DNA of 64,000 nt from Chitinophaga pinensis. Lineage in GTDB: Bacteria; Bacteroidota; Bacteroidia; Chitinophagales; UBA10324. The translations under genes and the position numbers were made by a program. Positions within the stretch are counted from its first letter, which is position 1, and every line of letters starts with the position of its first letter. Below, piece by piece: positions 47,923 through 58,800 of this stretch. A model generated the notes under the pieces. The model saw only the letters and a list, made by a program, of their open reading frames with translations, made no database searches and was not told the origin of the DNA. Where the stretch lies: contig CAMDOA010000007.1 of the NCBI GenBank assembly GCA_945903305.1, forward strand, positions 1,027 to 65,026, written 5' to 3'.

Positions 47923-49143
47923 ATGAATACTGCATGGTTTATTACACGAAAAATTGCGTTAAGCAACCAGCCGAATTTCAGCCGGTTTATTATTCGGGTA
48001 GCAGTTGCGGCCATTTCATTAAGTATTACAGTGATGATAGTTGCCAGCAGTATGGTCAGCGGTTTTCAAAAGGAAATCAGCACTAAAATATTTGGATTCT
48101 GGGGGCATGTGCGCATTTTTGATTACAACAGTACCATGGGATTTCAGGATAAAGGGGTTTCGGTTCATCAATCATTTTATCCTTCAATAACTGAAATGCC
48201 AGGGGTAAAGCATATTCAGATTTATGCTACAAAGCCCGGAATAATTAAAACCAAAAATAATATTGAAAGCATAGTGGTTCGGGGTTATGGAAATGATTTC
48301 GACAGCAGTTTTATTATTAAGTGCATGCAATCGGGAAAATTTTTTAAGGCCTGCGACACTTCGCAACCCCGAAAAATTCTGATATCGAGTTCAACAGCTA
48401 ACCGTTTAGATTTGAAAACGGATGATGATATAATTATTTATTTTATTCAGCAGCCGCCAAGAGTGCGTAAATTTAAAATTGCCGGTATTTATAAAACCGG
48501 ATTGGAAGAATTTGATAAGATGTATGCGCTTTGTGATATTGCCGATATTCAACAGCTCAATAATTGGTCGGCCGATTCAGTTAGCGGATTCGAAATATTT
48601 ATAAATGATGTAAGTGATATTTCGGCTATGGGAAAAAAAATTAATGAAAATTATATTGGTCAGAATTTAGTGGCGCAAACGCTGAAAGAAATTAACCCGA
48701 ATATTTTTGACTGGCTCGACTTGCAAAATATTAATGAATATGTGATTCTTATTTTAATGACCATAGTGGCAATCATTAATATGTCCACCGCCTTGTTGAT
48801 TTTAATTTTAGAACGAACCAATATGATAGGCGTACTTAAAGCGCAGGGTGCAACAAACGGATTGGTGCGAAAAATTTTTATTTATTATGCCGCTATCATA
48901 ATCATTACGGGAATTGCCATTGGAAATTTTGTTGGATTAGGAATTTGTTATTTACAATCAAAGTACGGTTTCGTGCAACTGCCCGAAGAATCGTACTATG
49001 TGCGTGTGGCACCGGTTCATTTTGATGCCTCGTTTATTTTGATGATAAATGCCGGCGTATTAATTATCAGTTTAATAGTTTTGTTAATTCCAAGTTACTT
49101 AGTTGCGAAAGTGAGTCCGGTAAAAGCAATTCGATTCAGATAA
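47923..49143 (+). CDS. FtsX-like ABC permease, LolC/LolE type
   Basis: 406 aa with an N-terminal TM helix, a large periplasmic loop and three C-terminal TM helices (FDWLDLQN...GVLKAQGAT). Confidence 0.85.
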   Translation: MNTAWFITRKIALSNQPNFSRFIIRVAVAAISLSITVMIVASSMVSGFQKEISTKIFGFWGHVRIFDYNSTMGFQDKGVSVHQSFYPSITEMPGVKHIQIYATKPGIIKTKNNIESIVVRGYGNDFDSSFIIKCMQSGKFFKACDTSQPRKILISSSTANRLDLKTDDDIIIYFIQQPPRVRKFKIAGIYKTGLEEFDKMYALCDIADIQQLNNWSADSVSGFEIFINDVSDISAMGKKINENYIGQNLVAQTLKEINPNIFDWLDLQNINEYVILILMTIVAIINMSTALLILILERTNMIGVLKAQGATNGLVRKIFIYYAAIIIITGIAIGNFVGLGICYLQSKYGFVQLPEESYYVRVAPVHFDASFILMINAGVLIISLIVLLIPSYLVAKVSPVKAIRFR

Positions 49144-49184
49144 ATCAGTAATACCTATTTTTGAATAAATTTTTAATTCTTAGT

Positions 49185-49643
49185 ATGAAAAAATTCAGCA
49201 TCTTTTTATTCCCTGTTTTTTTTTACTTGCTTTTGGGATCCTGTTTGCGTCCGCCCGAATTTTCTGAAACACCGGTTATAGAATTTGTAAGTATAAACAG
49301 TACGCTTATTCAGCAGGAGATTGATTCTATTAAAATGGTAATCAGCTTTAAAGATGGCGATGGCGATTTAGGTTCCATGGTGAATGATACGAGCACCAAT
49401 TGTTTTATCACCGATCACCGACCCGGAAAACCCGATTACACTTATACTTATAAAATTCCATTTATTACTCCCAAAGGAACTACTAAAGATATCTCGGGTA
49501 CAGTGACCATCAATCTTCCCGGCATTACCTGCATTCCGTTTCAGGATACTGATTCAGTTATTTATAAAATTGTCATTATTGACCGTGCAGGTCACAAAAG
49601 CAACGAAGTGCAAACTCCGGTTATAGTAGTGAATTGTTTGTGA
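49185..49643 (+). CDS. small lipoprotein, unknown function
   Basis: The ATG at 49185 gives MKKFSIFLFPVFFYLLLGSC, a lipobox. The track start at 49161 is TTG. Confidence 0.55.
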   Translation: MKKFSIFLFPVFFYLLLGSCLRPPEFSETPVIEFVSINSTLIQQEIDSIKMVISFKDGDGDLGSMVNDTSTNCFITDHRPGKPDYTYTYKIPFITPKGTTKDISGTVTINLPGITCIPFQDTDSVIYKIVIIDRAGHKSNEVQTPVIVVNCL

Positions 49644-49646
49644 GGA

Positions 49647-49749
49647 TAGTTCAATCGTTCATTAGTTGATTAGTTCATTGGTTGATTAGTTGACTAGTTC
49701 ATTAGTTCAATGGAGTATTTGTTCATTAGAGTATTAGTCATTAGTTCGT
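49647..49749. repeat. 13 tandem 8-bp units, consensus TAGTTCAT
   Basis: The units read tagttcaa tcgttcat tagttgat tagttcat tggttgat tagttgac tagttcat tagttcaa tggagtat ttgttcat tagagtat tagtcat tagttcgt. The array starts 4 nt after the upstream stop. Confidence 0.85.
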
Positions 49750-49796
49750 CTGTTTTTTAATGGCTATAAAGTGTATTTACAAATAATTAATAACTA

Positions 49797-50147
49797 TTAA
49801 CTTTTTTTATAACTGCCAAAAGGTATAGTTACATAAATCCATAACACCCGACTATAACGATAGATGTAGGGGAAGAAAAATATAAGCGATACACAAAGTG
49901 TAACCACCATTGGCACCATTTGAAAACCGAAAAATAAAAGCATGAGAAAGAAAATCGGAACCTCAATTGCTATAGAAACCATGTAAGAAATATACATGGC
50001 GCCGTAATAAAAACCAACCTCCGGAAAATAAGATTGATTGCAAATCAGGCAGCGTGGCGGCATGGAATCTAACTTGTTCAGTATCCACGGATTTTTTGTT
50101 TCGAACAAATTACCCTTACGGCAATTTGGGCATTTCATTTTCCACAT
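49797..50147 (-). CDS. DUF983-like membrane protein with N-terminal zinc ribbon
   Basis: MWKMKCPNCRKGNLF...PPRCLICNQSYFPEVGFYYGAMYISY followed by TM helices. Start set to the ATG at 50145-50147. Confidence 0.7.
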   Translation of the reverse strand: MWKMKCPNCRKGNLFETKNPWILNKLDSMPPRCLICNQSYFPEVGFYYGAMYISYMVSIAIEVPIFFLMLLFFGFQMVPMVVTLCVSLIFFFPYIYRYSRVLWIYVTIPFGSYKKS

Positions 50148-50332
50148 TCCTTTTAGTAAAGGAATATTTTTACCTTCTTGCATTTGGCAAAGAAATAAGT
50201 TCAATACTTAACATCAAATTATTGACAATTTGTTTTCTATAATTCTGAACTTTCAGTCTGTTACTCTATTGAAAAAACAAAGCCTCTCGAATACTTTGAG
50301 TGGCTCTGTTGATTTATATAAATCGCAGCTAA

Positions 50333-51973
50333 TTATTTCACAGTAATTTTTGCAAACCGATAAGCAAGCCCATCAGTACAATAAATAATTATTTCATTTC
50401 CATTTAATAAATAACTGGTTTTTGGCTGTGCTTCTGTATCAATCTCTTTAGTGCTGAACAAGGCTTCGGTTGATTGTTTTCCGGTGGCATCAACTTTAGT
50501 GATATATGCTTTAGCGTTATTGATGTTCACCATTTTTTTTGTCGGATCTTCTTTATGGCCATTAAATACCAAAATAATATTTCCTTTTACATTCTGACAG
50601 ATGAACGAAAGAAACTTTGCACCATCACTTATTGATTTCTGTTTTTTATGCACCGCGGTTGACCAAACTACCGACGCATCATCGCGAATGCGAAATATAG
50701 ATGCATCATAATAGCGATAAACAAATTCAATTGAATTGTTATTCGACCGGGTCATGATGATATAATTTTCGGCAACTAACGAATGTGTTCCATCGTCGTT
50801 AGTGAAAACCTTGCGAATATGAATATTGCCGATTTCCGGATCATCGTCACCTTCATCATCTCCTAAAATGGAAGCTATAACGGTTGATGTAAAATCTTTA
50901 TTCGCTTTTTTTGTAACTGTAAAATCAGCGCCAATTGAATAAACATATGCACCGCCGGCTTTTTTGGCGCTGCCTGTTGAATAAAATCCAAATAATTTCA
51001 AATTACCATCCGCTTCTTCTTCCAGATAAGTATCTGTAACCGTTTTTCCGGTAACAGCAACAGGAATATTTTTTAGTGTGGTCATATCCTCGCCGCCTTT
51101 AACAATAAATATTTTATTTCGAACACCACTTTTCTTTTCCACATCGGTAGGCGCTACTTTGGCAATCAGGTAGGCATGCCCGTCGTTCAAAAGCATTTGC
51201 TTAGTGATAATATATTTCTGTGCGTTAAAAGATAATGCATAAGATTTTTTCCAAAGCTGCTTCATCGAAATATCGTAAGCCGAAAGATTTATTTTATCAG
51301 GTGTGCCCTTGGTGTCGGCAGTGTTTGAGTAAACAAGAAATTTTGATTTATCAGATGAAAGTTTTATCCGATAGGCGTTCATGGTATTTGTAAAGGCCGG
51401 ATTCTTTCCAACATTTTCGTCAATATTTGTGAAATCAGGATTTAAAGTTCCATCATCATTAAATGTGGTATGAAATAAAGAAGTTGTGTAGGTGGTTTTT
51501 TCAAATGTGGTTGCAAAAACATGAAATTTACCTTCGACCATTAAAATGGTTTTCATTCGTAAAAAAGTTTCACCCATCATCATGGTAAATTCTTTTGACC
51601 ATAGTTGATTGCAGCTGTTATCATATTTTTGCATAAATAATTTTACTTTGGTAAACATGGTGCCATTCCGTGTTCCCATATAACTTTCTAAATCATAAAG
51701 CCGGCGATCTTCGTCAATCACACCCATGCCGAGTAAGGCGGTCATAACAGCACCGCCCGGATTATCGAGCATTAAAGCTCCTTGCGCGTCATCAGCATCA
51801 ACACCATCCATACGAAGTACAAAGTACCCTTCCGAATCGTTACCTAAAATGACACTTGTTGATCCCGATAGGTTGGTGGTTTTCATTTCGGTTCCAAAAT
51901 TTATTGTTGCATTTTGAGCCGACAATTGGATGCACGAAAAAAAACTAAGGAAGAAGAAAAGTATTTTTTTCAT
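50333..51973 (-). CDS. secreted hypothetical protein (546 aa)
   Basis: Signal peptide (CIQLSAQN). No recognisable motif. Confidence 0.6.
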   Translation of the reverse strand: MKKILFFFLSFFSCIQLSAQNATINFGTEMKTTNLSGSTSVILGNDSEGYFVLRMDGVDADDAQGALMLDNPGGAVMTALLGMGVIDEDRRLYDLESYMGTRNGTMFTKVKLFMQKYDNSCNQLWSKEFTMMMGETFLRMKTILMVEGKFHVFATTFEKTTYTTSLFHTTFNDDGTLNPDFTNIDENVGKNPAFTNTMNAYRIKLSSDKSKFLVYSNTADTKGTPDKINLSAYDISMKQLWKKSYALSFNAQKYIITKQMLLNDGHAYLIAKVAPTDVEKKSGVRNKIFIVKGGEDMTTLKNIPVAVTGKTVTDTYLEEEADGNLKLFGFYSTGSAKKAGGAYVYSIGADFTVTKKANKDFTSTVIASILGDDEGDDDPEIGNIHIRKVFTNDDGTHSLVAENYIIMTRSNNNSIEFVYRYYDASIFRIRDDASVVWSTAVHKKQKSISDGAKFLSFICQNVKGNIILVFNGHKEDPTKKMVNINNAKAYITKVDATGKQSTEALFSTKEIDTEAQPKTSYLLNGNEIIIYCTDGLAYRFAKITVK

Positions 51974-52075
51974 TTTTAATTTTTGTTTTGAATTTAAGGG
52001 TGAATATAAAAATCAATGTTAATTATTAAGTGGTTTACGAATTTGAAGTCAACTTTTTTTCAGGACGAGACACAT

Positions 52076-52112
52076 AAATAAAAAAGCCGCATCAAAATAT
52101 TTTGATGCGGCT
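52076..52112 (-). terminator. rho-independent terminator
   Basis: Perfect 28-bp palindrome agccgcatcaaaatattttgatgcggct at 52085-52112, followed on the minus strand by a T run. Confidence 0.8.
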
Positions 52113-52132
52113 GAAATAAATTTTTATGATTA

Positions 52133-52543
52133 TTACTTAGGCAATTTATCTTTCAATTTACCACCGGATGAATTTTTACTTGGGTCACTGTTTACTTTAT
52201 CTTTCAATTTACCATCCTGAGTTCCTAATTTATCACCCAATTTGCCTCCTTCCTTTTTTGGTTCAGGAGCAGGGGTTGTGGTAGTATTTGTTTTCTTGGT
52301 TCCGCTCTTGCCACCTTTTTTTGCTGCATTCATCATTGAATCGGCCATATACATTCCTTTTTCAGTTGCAGCCATCATGCATGCGTTTATTAATGAATCT
52401 GAAAATGCGGTGCCTTTTGCATTCGCTAAACTGTCTATAGTAGCCCAATCTTTTGCAGCCTGAGCACCATTATCTCCCGATTGGCATGATTGATAACTGA
52501 TTGCAAAAACTATTACTGCTGTAAGTATGATTAATTTTTTCAT
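52133..52543 (-). CDS. small lipoprotein with Gly/Lys-rich tail
   Basis: Lipobox ISYQSC and a low-complexity KKGGKSGTKK...GGKLKDK tail. Confidence 0.55.
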   Translation of the reverse strand: MKKLIILTAVIVFAISYQSCQSGDNGAQAAKDWATIDSLANAKGTAFSDSLINACMMAATEKGMYMADSMMNAAKKGGKSGTKKTNTTTTPAPEPKKEGGKLGDKLGTQDGKLKDKVNSDPSKNSSGGKLKDKLPK

Positions 52544-52579
52544 GGTTGTTTCGTTTTTTTTGTAGGGTTACTTTTTAAC

Positions 52580-52807
52580 TCAATTAGCATTACATATAGA
52601 ATCGCAAACCGCCTTAGTTTTAGCAGCTCCGGCTGTCATACATGCATTTCCGGCTGCATCAATCAGACCTTGTTTTTTAGAATTAAAAACCGAATCGGCT
52701 TTAGCAGTTAAGCCAGCAGCATCCATGGGTTTAGGTGCCTGGCCGCAACTGGCAACCGTGAGCGAGAACAGCCCGGCACTGAATAGAATCAAAAGTGTTT
52801 TTTTCAT
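52580..52807 (-). CDS. small lipoprotein, paralog of the downstream gene
   Basis: Lipobox TVASC. It shares the DS..N.K.....D...NACM.A...K....DS..NA pattern with 52133..52543. Confidence 0.5.
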   Translation of the reverse strand: MKKTLLILFSAGLFSLTVASCGQAPKPMDAAGLTAKADSVFNSKKQGLIDAAGNACMTAGAAKTKAVCDSICNAN

Positions 52808-52972
52808 AAAATGATTTTTGTTAGTTTTTTTTGTGCGCCAAATTTATAGGTTTTAACTGTTCCTTTGCAATAAATTTTTACTATTAGTTTTTAACATAAC
52901 ATTTAATTGATTGTATCGTTTGTAGTTTTGGCTTGCCAATTGAATTAAAAGGGAATAAATAAATTTGAAGAA

Positions 52973-53560
52973 ATGAAAAACGGAATCGGTTATTTACTTG
53001 TTTTTTGGTTGTTTAATTTTATTTCAAACCCTGCAAATGCTCAATCCGGTGGCAGTGCCTATGTTCCTGTCATTATTATAAATAATGATTCGTTTCCGGT
53101 TTTAACATTGCCCGAAATTGTAGTTGTTTCGAAGCGGGTATTTGCTTCATCGTATGAACAGAATAAATTTAATTCGTTGAAAAAAAATATTCTGGCCGTT
53201 TATCCTTATGCAAAAAATGCCGGCGAAATATTTAAAGAAGTTCAGCAGGAACTCGCAAACAAAGACAGCAAGCGCGACCGAAAAAAATTTCTGAAACAAA
53301 AGGAGAAGGAACTTGATGAGCAGTTTCAGGAAAAATTAAAAAACCTGACCACTACGCAAGGCGAAATATTAGTAAAACTAATAGCGCGTGAAACCGGTCA
53401 GAATTGTTATGAATTAATTAAGGAATTTAAAAATCCGATGTCAGCCTTTTTTTGGCAAAATGCCGGGAAACTATGGGGTTATGATTTAAAAATTCCTTAC
53501 GACCCGCAGCAAGATAAAGATATTGAATTGATAGTTCGGGGTATTGAAAATAATTTTTAA
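52973..53560 (+). CDS. secreted protein, DUF4294-like
   Basis: Signal peptide; LPEIVVVSKR and YPYAKNAGE blocks. Family assignment is from memory only. Confidence 0.45.
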   Translation: MKNGIGYLLVFWLFNFISNPANAQSGGSAYVPVIIINNDSFPVLTLPEIVVVSKRVFASSYEQNKFNSLKKNILAVYPYAKNAGEIFKEVQQELANKDSKRDRKKFLKQKEKELDEQFQEKLKNLTTTQGEILVKLIARETGQNCYELIKEFKNPMSAFFWQNAGKLWGYDLKIPYDPQQDKDIELIVRGIENNF

Positions 53561-53572
53561 TTGTTTTTCAGA

Positions 53573-54577
53573 TTAGCTGAAATCTTTTATAAGTGAATTT
53601 ATATTTTGTTGCTTCATACAATTAAAATGTCCTTTCGGGCATTTTTGAAAACCAATTTTAGTGCAAGGTCTGCAGTTCAAGTTTTTTACTTCATGTATAA
53701 ATGAATTGTTTTCGTAGAGCGATAAATATTTTTGCCTGCTTCCAAAATACGGATACATACCAAATGAAGGAACCGTGCTTCCCCAAAATGAATGAATTTT
53801 CTTTTTGAAAGCAGAAGCAATATGCATCATGGCGGTGTCATTCGTTATCACCACTTTCGATAGTTTGATAATCGAAGCCGATTGATTGAGATTATATTTT
53901 CCGCAACCATTGAATACTTTGTATGGAAATTTTTTTTCTAATTCATTACCAATAATGGAATCGGCCTGATCGCCAATGATGACTATTGGAATCAGTAGTC
54001 GCTCACAAATTTCATTCAGTTTTTCAACCGGAAGTTTTTTTGTTTGATGTTGCGCACCAATAGCAAGCGAGGCAAACCCGTGAATGTGTGTAAGCGGAAG
54101 CGAGGTTATACTTACTACTTCTTTTTCTGGTATAAAATAATCGAGCCCTTCACCATCATCGTGTATGCCCAGGCTTTTTGCCGTTTCAATATACCGTTGC
54201 ACAATATGTTTGTCAGGAAGCCAATTCCATTTAAAATTCACCAATAACCATTTGCCGATGTTTAATTTCGAAAACGAACGCACAGGTTTTGCTAAATGCC
54301 ATTTCACTAGAAATGTTCGGATATTATTATGCAGGTCTATTATAAAATCAAAATTTTCATCTTCTAAATTCTTTAATGTTTTTGAAAATTCCGGTGTCAG
54401 GCAGTGCACTTTTGAAATATATGGGTTCGATTCAACCAGAATCGAATAACTTTTTTTTGTTAAAAAATGTATTTCTGCTTCCGGCAATTGTTTTTTAATA
54501 CATCGTATTACCGGAGTGGTTAGAACAATATCGCCAATAGAACTAAACCGGATAATTAATATTTTTATTTTCGACAC
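53573..54577 (-). CDS. glycosyltransferase family 9 (heptosyltransferase-like)
   Basis: ILIIRFSSIGDIVLTTPVIRCIK at the N-terminus and NDTAMMHIASA near the C-terminus. Confidence 0.85.
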   Translation of the reverse strand: MSKIKILIIRFSSIGDIVLTTPVIRCIKKQLPEAEIHFLTKKSYSILVESNPYISKVHCLTPEFSKTLKNLEDENFDFIIDLHNNIRTFLVKWHLAKPVRSFSKLNIGKWLLVNFKWNWLPDKHIVQRYIETAKSLGIHDDGEGLDYFIPEKEVVSITSLPLTHIHGFASLAIGAQHQTKKLPVEKLNEICERLLIPIVIIGDQADSIIGNELEKKFPYKVFNGCGKYNLNQSASIIKLSKVVITNDTAMMHIASAFKKKIHSFWGSTVPSFGMYPYFGSRQKYLSLYENNSFIHEVKNLNCRPCTKIGFQKCPKGHFNCMKQQNINSLIKDFS

Positions 54578-54659
54578 TTGTTTTCTGAAATTTTATACCC
54601 GCGTTAACGAATTCAATTTCCAAATATGCTTCAAATCACTTTATATTGCCAACAGACTT

Positions 54660-55739
54660 ATGCGTCTAATTAGAAAAAAATTGTGGAAACAACACCGACA
54701 AATAATTTCAGTTTTTTTGCTGTTGACTTCTTCTTATTGTTCAAAAGCTCAGGATCCAACTTTTTCGCAGTATTATTTTAATCAGCTTTATGTAAACCCT
54801 GCCTTCACCGGAATTAATTCAGGATTAAGAGCAGGTGTAAATTATCGCGCATTGTGGCCCAGAATTCCCAGTAAATTTCCTACATACTCATTGGCAATTG
54901 ATGCGCAGGATTTAAGTTTAAGCAGCGGCATTGGGCTCAATGCCTGGAGCGATACTGAGGGGGAAGGTTACTTGCGAACTCAATGTATCAGCGGACTCTA
55001 TTCTTACCGGGTTATTTTATCGCCCAAGAATTGGGTGTTTCAGGCCGGATTTAAAACTTCCATTATTAATAAAAAAATTGATTGGTCAAGATTAGTTTTT
55101 AGTGATCAGTTGCATCCATTATTCGGCATTACCGGCCCATCCAGTAATCCGGTTCCATACCAACAATCGCGAACATTTGTTGACTTTACAATAGGAGCAT
55201 TAATTAAGGGCAATCAACGAAGCCGGTTAAAAAATTTAATTGCCACTTACACTTTCGGTGCGGCACTTCATCATGTAACGCAGCCCGACGAAAGCATTAC
55301 AGGGCAAGTTTCCAGATTGCCGCAAAATCTGGTGTTGCACGCAGGAGCAGTAATACCGGTGCGATACGAAGTTAAACGATATAAAATATTATTAGCTCCA
55401 TCCATTATGTGGGAACATCAAACAACCATGCGCGAATTTAATTTTTCATTTAATGTATTAATGAAACCCTTGTTTGCAGGGCTTTCGTATCGCAATCAAA
55501 CTCCTATGTTATTTGAAATTAAAAAAGCAGATGCTATTATTGTTAATGTGGGATTAGCCGGCGATCAGAATAAAGAATCAGTTGTATATAAAATGGGTTA
55601 TAGTTATGATTTAACAATCAGCGATCTCCGGTCAAACACACAAGGCACTCATGAAATTGCGTTAATTATTGAATTCAGAAATTTCAAATTTAATAACCGA
55701 AGCAATCCGAAGAAAAAATTAGAATGTCCGAATTTCTGA
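54660..55739 (+). CDS. type IX secretion system membrane protein, PorP/SprF family
   Basis: The ATG at 54660 gives a signal peptide and then the family signature AQDPTFSQYYFNQLYVNPAFTG. Confidence 0.85.
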   Translation: MRLIRKKLWKQHRQIISVFLLLTSSYCSKAQDPTFSQYYFNQLYVNPAFTGINSGLRAGVNYRALWPRIPSKFPTYSLAIDAQDLSLSSGIGLNAWSDTEGEGYLRTQCISGLYSYRVILSPKNWVFQAGFKTSIINKKIDWSRLVFSDQLHPLFGITGPSSNPVPYQQSRTFVDFTIGALIKGNQRSRLKNLIATYTFGAALHHVTQPDESITGQVSRLPQNLVLHAGAVIPVRYEVKRYKILLAPSIMWEHQTTMREFNFSFNVLMKPLFAGLSYRNQTPMLFEIKKADAIIVNVGLAGDQNKESVVYKMGYSYDLTISDLRSNTQGTHEIALIIEFRNFKFNNRSNPKKKLECPNF

Positions 55740-55804
55740 TTTTGATTTCAGGTAACTGAAGAATAAGTATTTTATAAAAACGATTGTTTATTGATGATAA
55801 TAAA

Positions 55805-58800
55805 TTATCGCTCCAGTATTTTCCGAAGCCAATCAAAATACAAAGTGATATAAAGTGTGAGGGTCATTATCCAAATTATAATCAGGTTGAACCAGAAAGT
55901 ATCCATCTCTATTCTGAAAAAAGATTTTGAATAAGAGAAGAACGGAGCCGATAACATTCCTTTTGATGATGCATTGTAAAACACAGGCTCGAACCGGCGG
56001 ATGATTTTATTTTCTGCCATTAAAATTTTTGGTGTACCCAATGTGCTTTTTGCGTACTCCTCTAATTTTTCGTTGAAATGTTTTTCTTTAAACTCCACGA
56101 ACAATTGATCATCGCCCATTTGCTGAACCCCGGCATTTAATAATTGTTGTTTGCGATCACTTGCTGAATTGTATTCTTTAATCAAAAACTTATTGATGCT
56201 ATCCATATTCCGGTTGCACAGAATAAAAAATTCAGGGTTGGTTGCCATATCTAATTTCTCAAGCATCACCATATTTATTTTCGGAAATTCATTTTGTACT
56301 TCGGCAAATTCATTTTTTATAAATGATGAAATTAATTTCAACGAATCATTTGATGAATTGTGTGAACGAACAAATAACTCAGCATTTCGCAATTGAGTTT
56401 GCATCAATCCAGGCCACCAGTCTTTCCGATAGGTGGTGTTGCTCATTATTTTATCGTATTCAAAATAAGGTTTTTCGTAATCGTTGTTTTTAAACTGGTC
56501 AACTGCCAGTGCCTCGTAAGCCCACCGCGAAGCCATTATGTTTCCAATTAACGGCACCTTTGATTGGCTGCTAACAGCAGGACTTAAATCTTCAAACTTC
56601 ACCATCACACCGCTCAGCATTATTTGCGGAATAACAAGAAATGGAATTAAAATGTAAACGGCTACCCGTGTTTTTAAACCCGACGAAATATTTAAACCCA
56701 ACACATTGGCGAAACAGGAAACGGAAAAGAGAATTAACCAATAATCGTAAAATAAATCGGAAACTTCTAAAATTAAATTTCCGACTAATAAAAACAGAAC
56801 GGTTTGAATGGCCGACACCAGGAACAGAAAGGTAATTTTTGAAAATAGATAACTGCTTCTGCTCAATCGCAAAAAAGATTCGCGCTTCAATATTTTTTTA
56901 TCATGAATTATTTCTTCTGCGCTCACAATCAAGCCAAGAAATAAAGCTACAATCGTGCAGATGAAAATATAGACAGGTATGTTGGGATTATTTCCAAAAC
57001 GATATTCTTCGCCAGGTGCATGTGAACGAAGCGCCACTGCAAGAATTAATGCAAGCAACGGTCCTTCAATTAAAGTGATAGCTAAGTATTGCCGGTTATA
57101 AATTTTCGCCAGAAAATTTCGCTTGAAATAAACTAGGTACTGAATAAATGCACCGGAAACTTTTGAAACCGGTGCTGCTATTTGAGAATAAATACTTTTT
57201 TTCTCTGTACTTGTTTTAACAAAATTTTCATTGAACAATCTATACCATTCTGCGGAAGAAATTTTTCGTTCAGTAGTTGACCTTCCGTATTCATCAACTG
57301 TTTTTGATTCAATAATTTTGAAGTTTTCTTCGGGGTTGATATTGCCACATTCCACACACTCGCTGTTATCGAAATCAACAAAATTCATTTGTTGTTTAAA
57401 ATAAGAAAGGGAGTCAACCGGATTGCCATAAAATATTGGAAAGCCCCCTGTATCAAGCAACAATAATTTATCGAACAGTTTAAAAATTGCCGATGAGGGT
57501 TGATGGATCACAACGAATACCAGCTTGCCCGAAAGCGAAAGTTGCTTCAATAAATCCATCACATTTTCCGCGTCGTTTGATGAGAGACCGGATGTAGGTT
57601 CATCTACAAATAAAATTTCAGGCTGGCGAATTAATTCCAACGCAATGTTCAATCGCTTGCGCTGCCCGCCACTGATAAATTTATTTAAGGGATCGCCAAC
57701 CGTTAAATCTTTCGATTCAAAAAGCCCCAATGAAATCAGGCAGTCATTTACTTTCTGTTCAATTTCTTCATTGCTTAGTTTTCCGAAATAAAGTTTAGCG
57801 CTGAAAAATAAATTCTGAAAAACCGTTAGCTCTTCAATCAATAGATCATCCTGCGGAATATTTCCAATCCACACATGCAGATTGTTTTTATTGGAATGTA
57901 AATCGGTTCCGTTAATTAATATTTTTCCTTTAGTTGGTTTTATGCTTCCGTTTAATAAAGTCAGCAGTGTTGTTTTTCCGGCGCCGCTGTTTCCCATTAT
58001 GCTCACCAGATTTCCGGATGATGCCGAAAAAGTTAAATCGTGTAAGCCAATTTTATTATTCCGGAATGAGTACCCTAATTCTTTTACTTCAAACTGTATT
58101 TGTTTTGATAAATCTGAACCTATAAACTGATGCAGTATATCATTATAAAAAACTGAATTGAGTTTGCTGCCACGAATTACAGAACCTTGTTCAAACACAT
58201 CAACCACACCAACGGCATTCGGAACTATTGCTCTTCCGTTTAAAAATAACTGGTCGCTTCCGTTGTAACGGAAAACAAAAAAGTTGTGCTCTTTAAAAAA
58301 GAGAAAAAGTATTTCGCCCGATAAATTTTCTTTTTGAATATGAAATGATTTATCATCTGATTCAGCGTTCTTGTCAATTAATAAAAATAATTTTTCAGCA
58401 TGCGGAAGTTTGTCCAGCGAAATGCCAGTTAAGTATAAGCAGTTGTCGTAGTTGATTTCATCAATGGAAAAAACTTCGGCCACCGTTTTTAAAAATTCAA
58501 GGTGCTGTTCGTTAATTTCCAATGTGGATGCTTTTACATATTCGAGCAACCGGATTAATACTATTATTTTTTGTTTGTGATCAAGCTCTTTGTTAATGTC
58601 GGTACAAATTCTTAATACTTTAACCGAGTTAACTGAAATCCGTTTTTTGTTTTTGCCCTCTTCAGATTTACCTGTGAGTTGTTCTAAAAAGGAATCAAAA
58701 GTTAAAAGATACTGCTGAACAAAATTGGCACTGAGTTGCCGTTTTAAAAACCTCTCAACAATATCGCGCCCCTTGTTTCCAACTTCCTCTCTGTTTGCAA

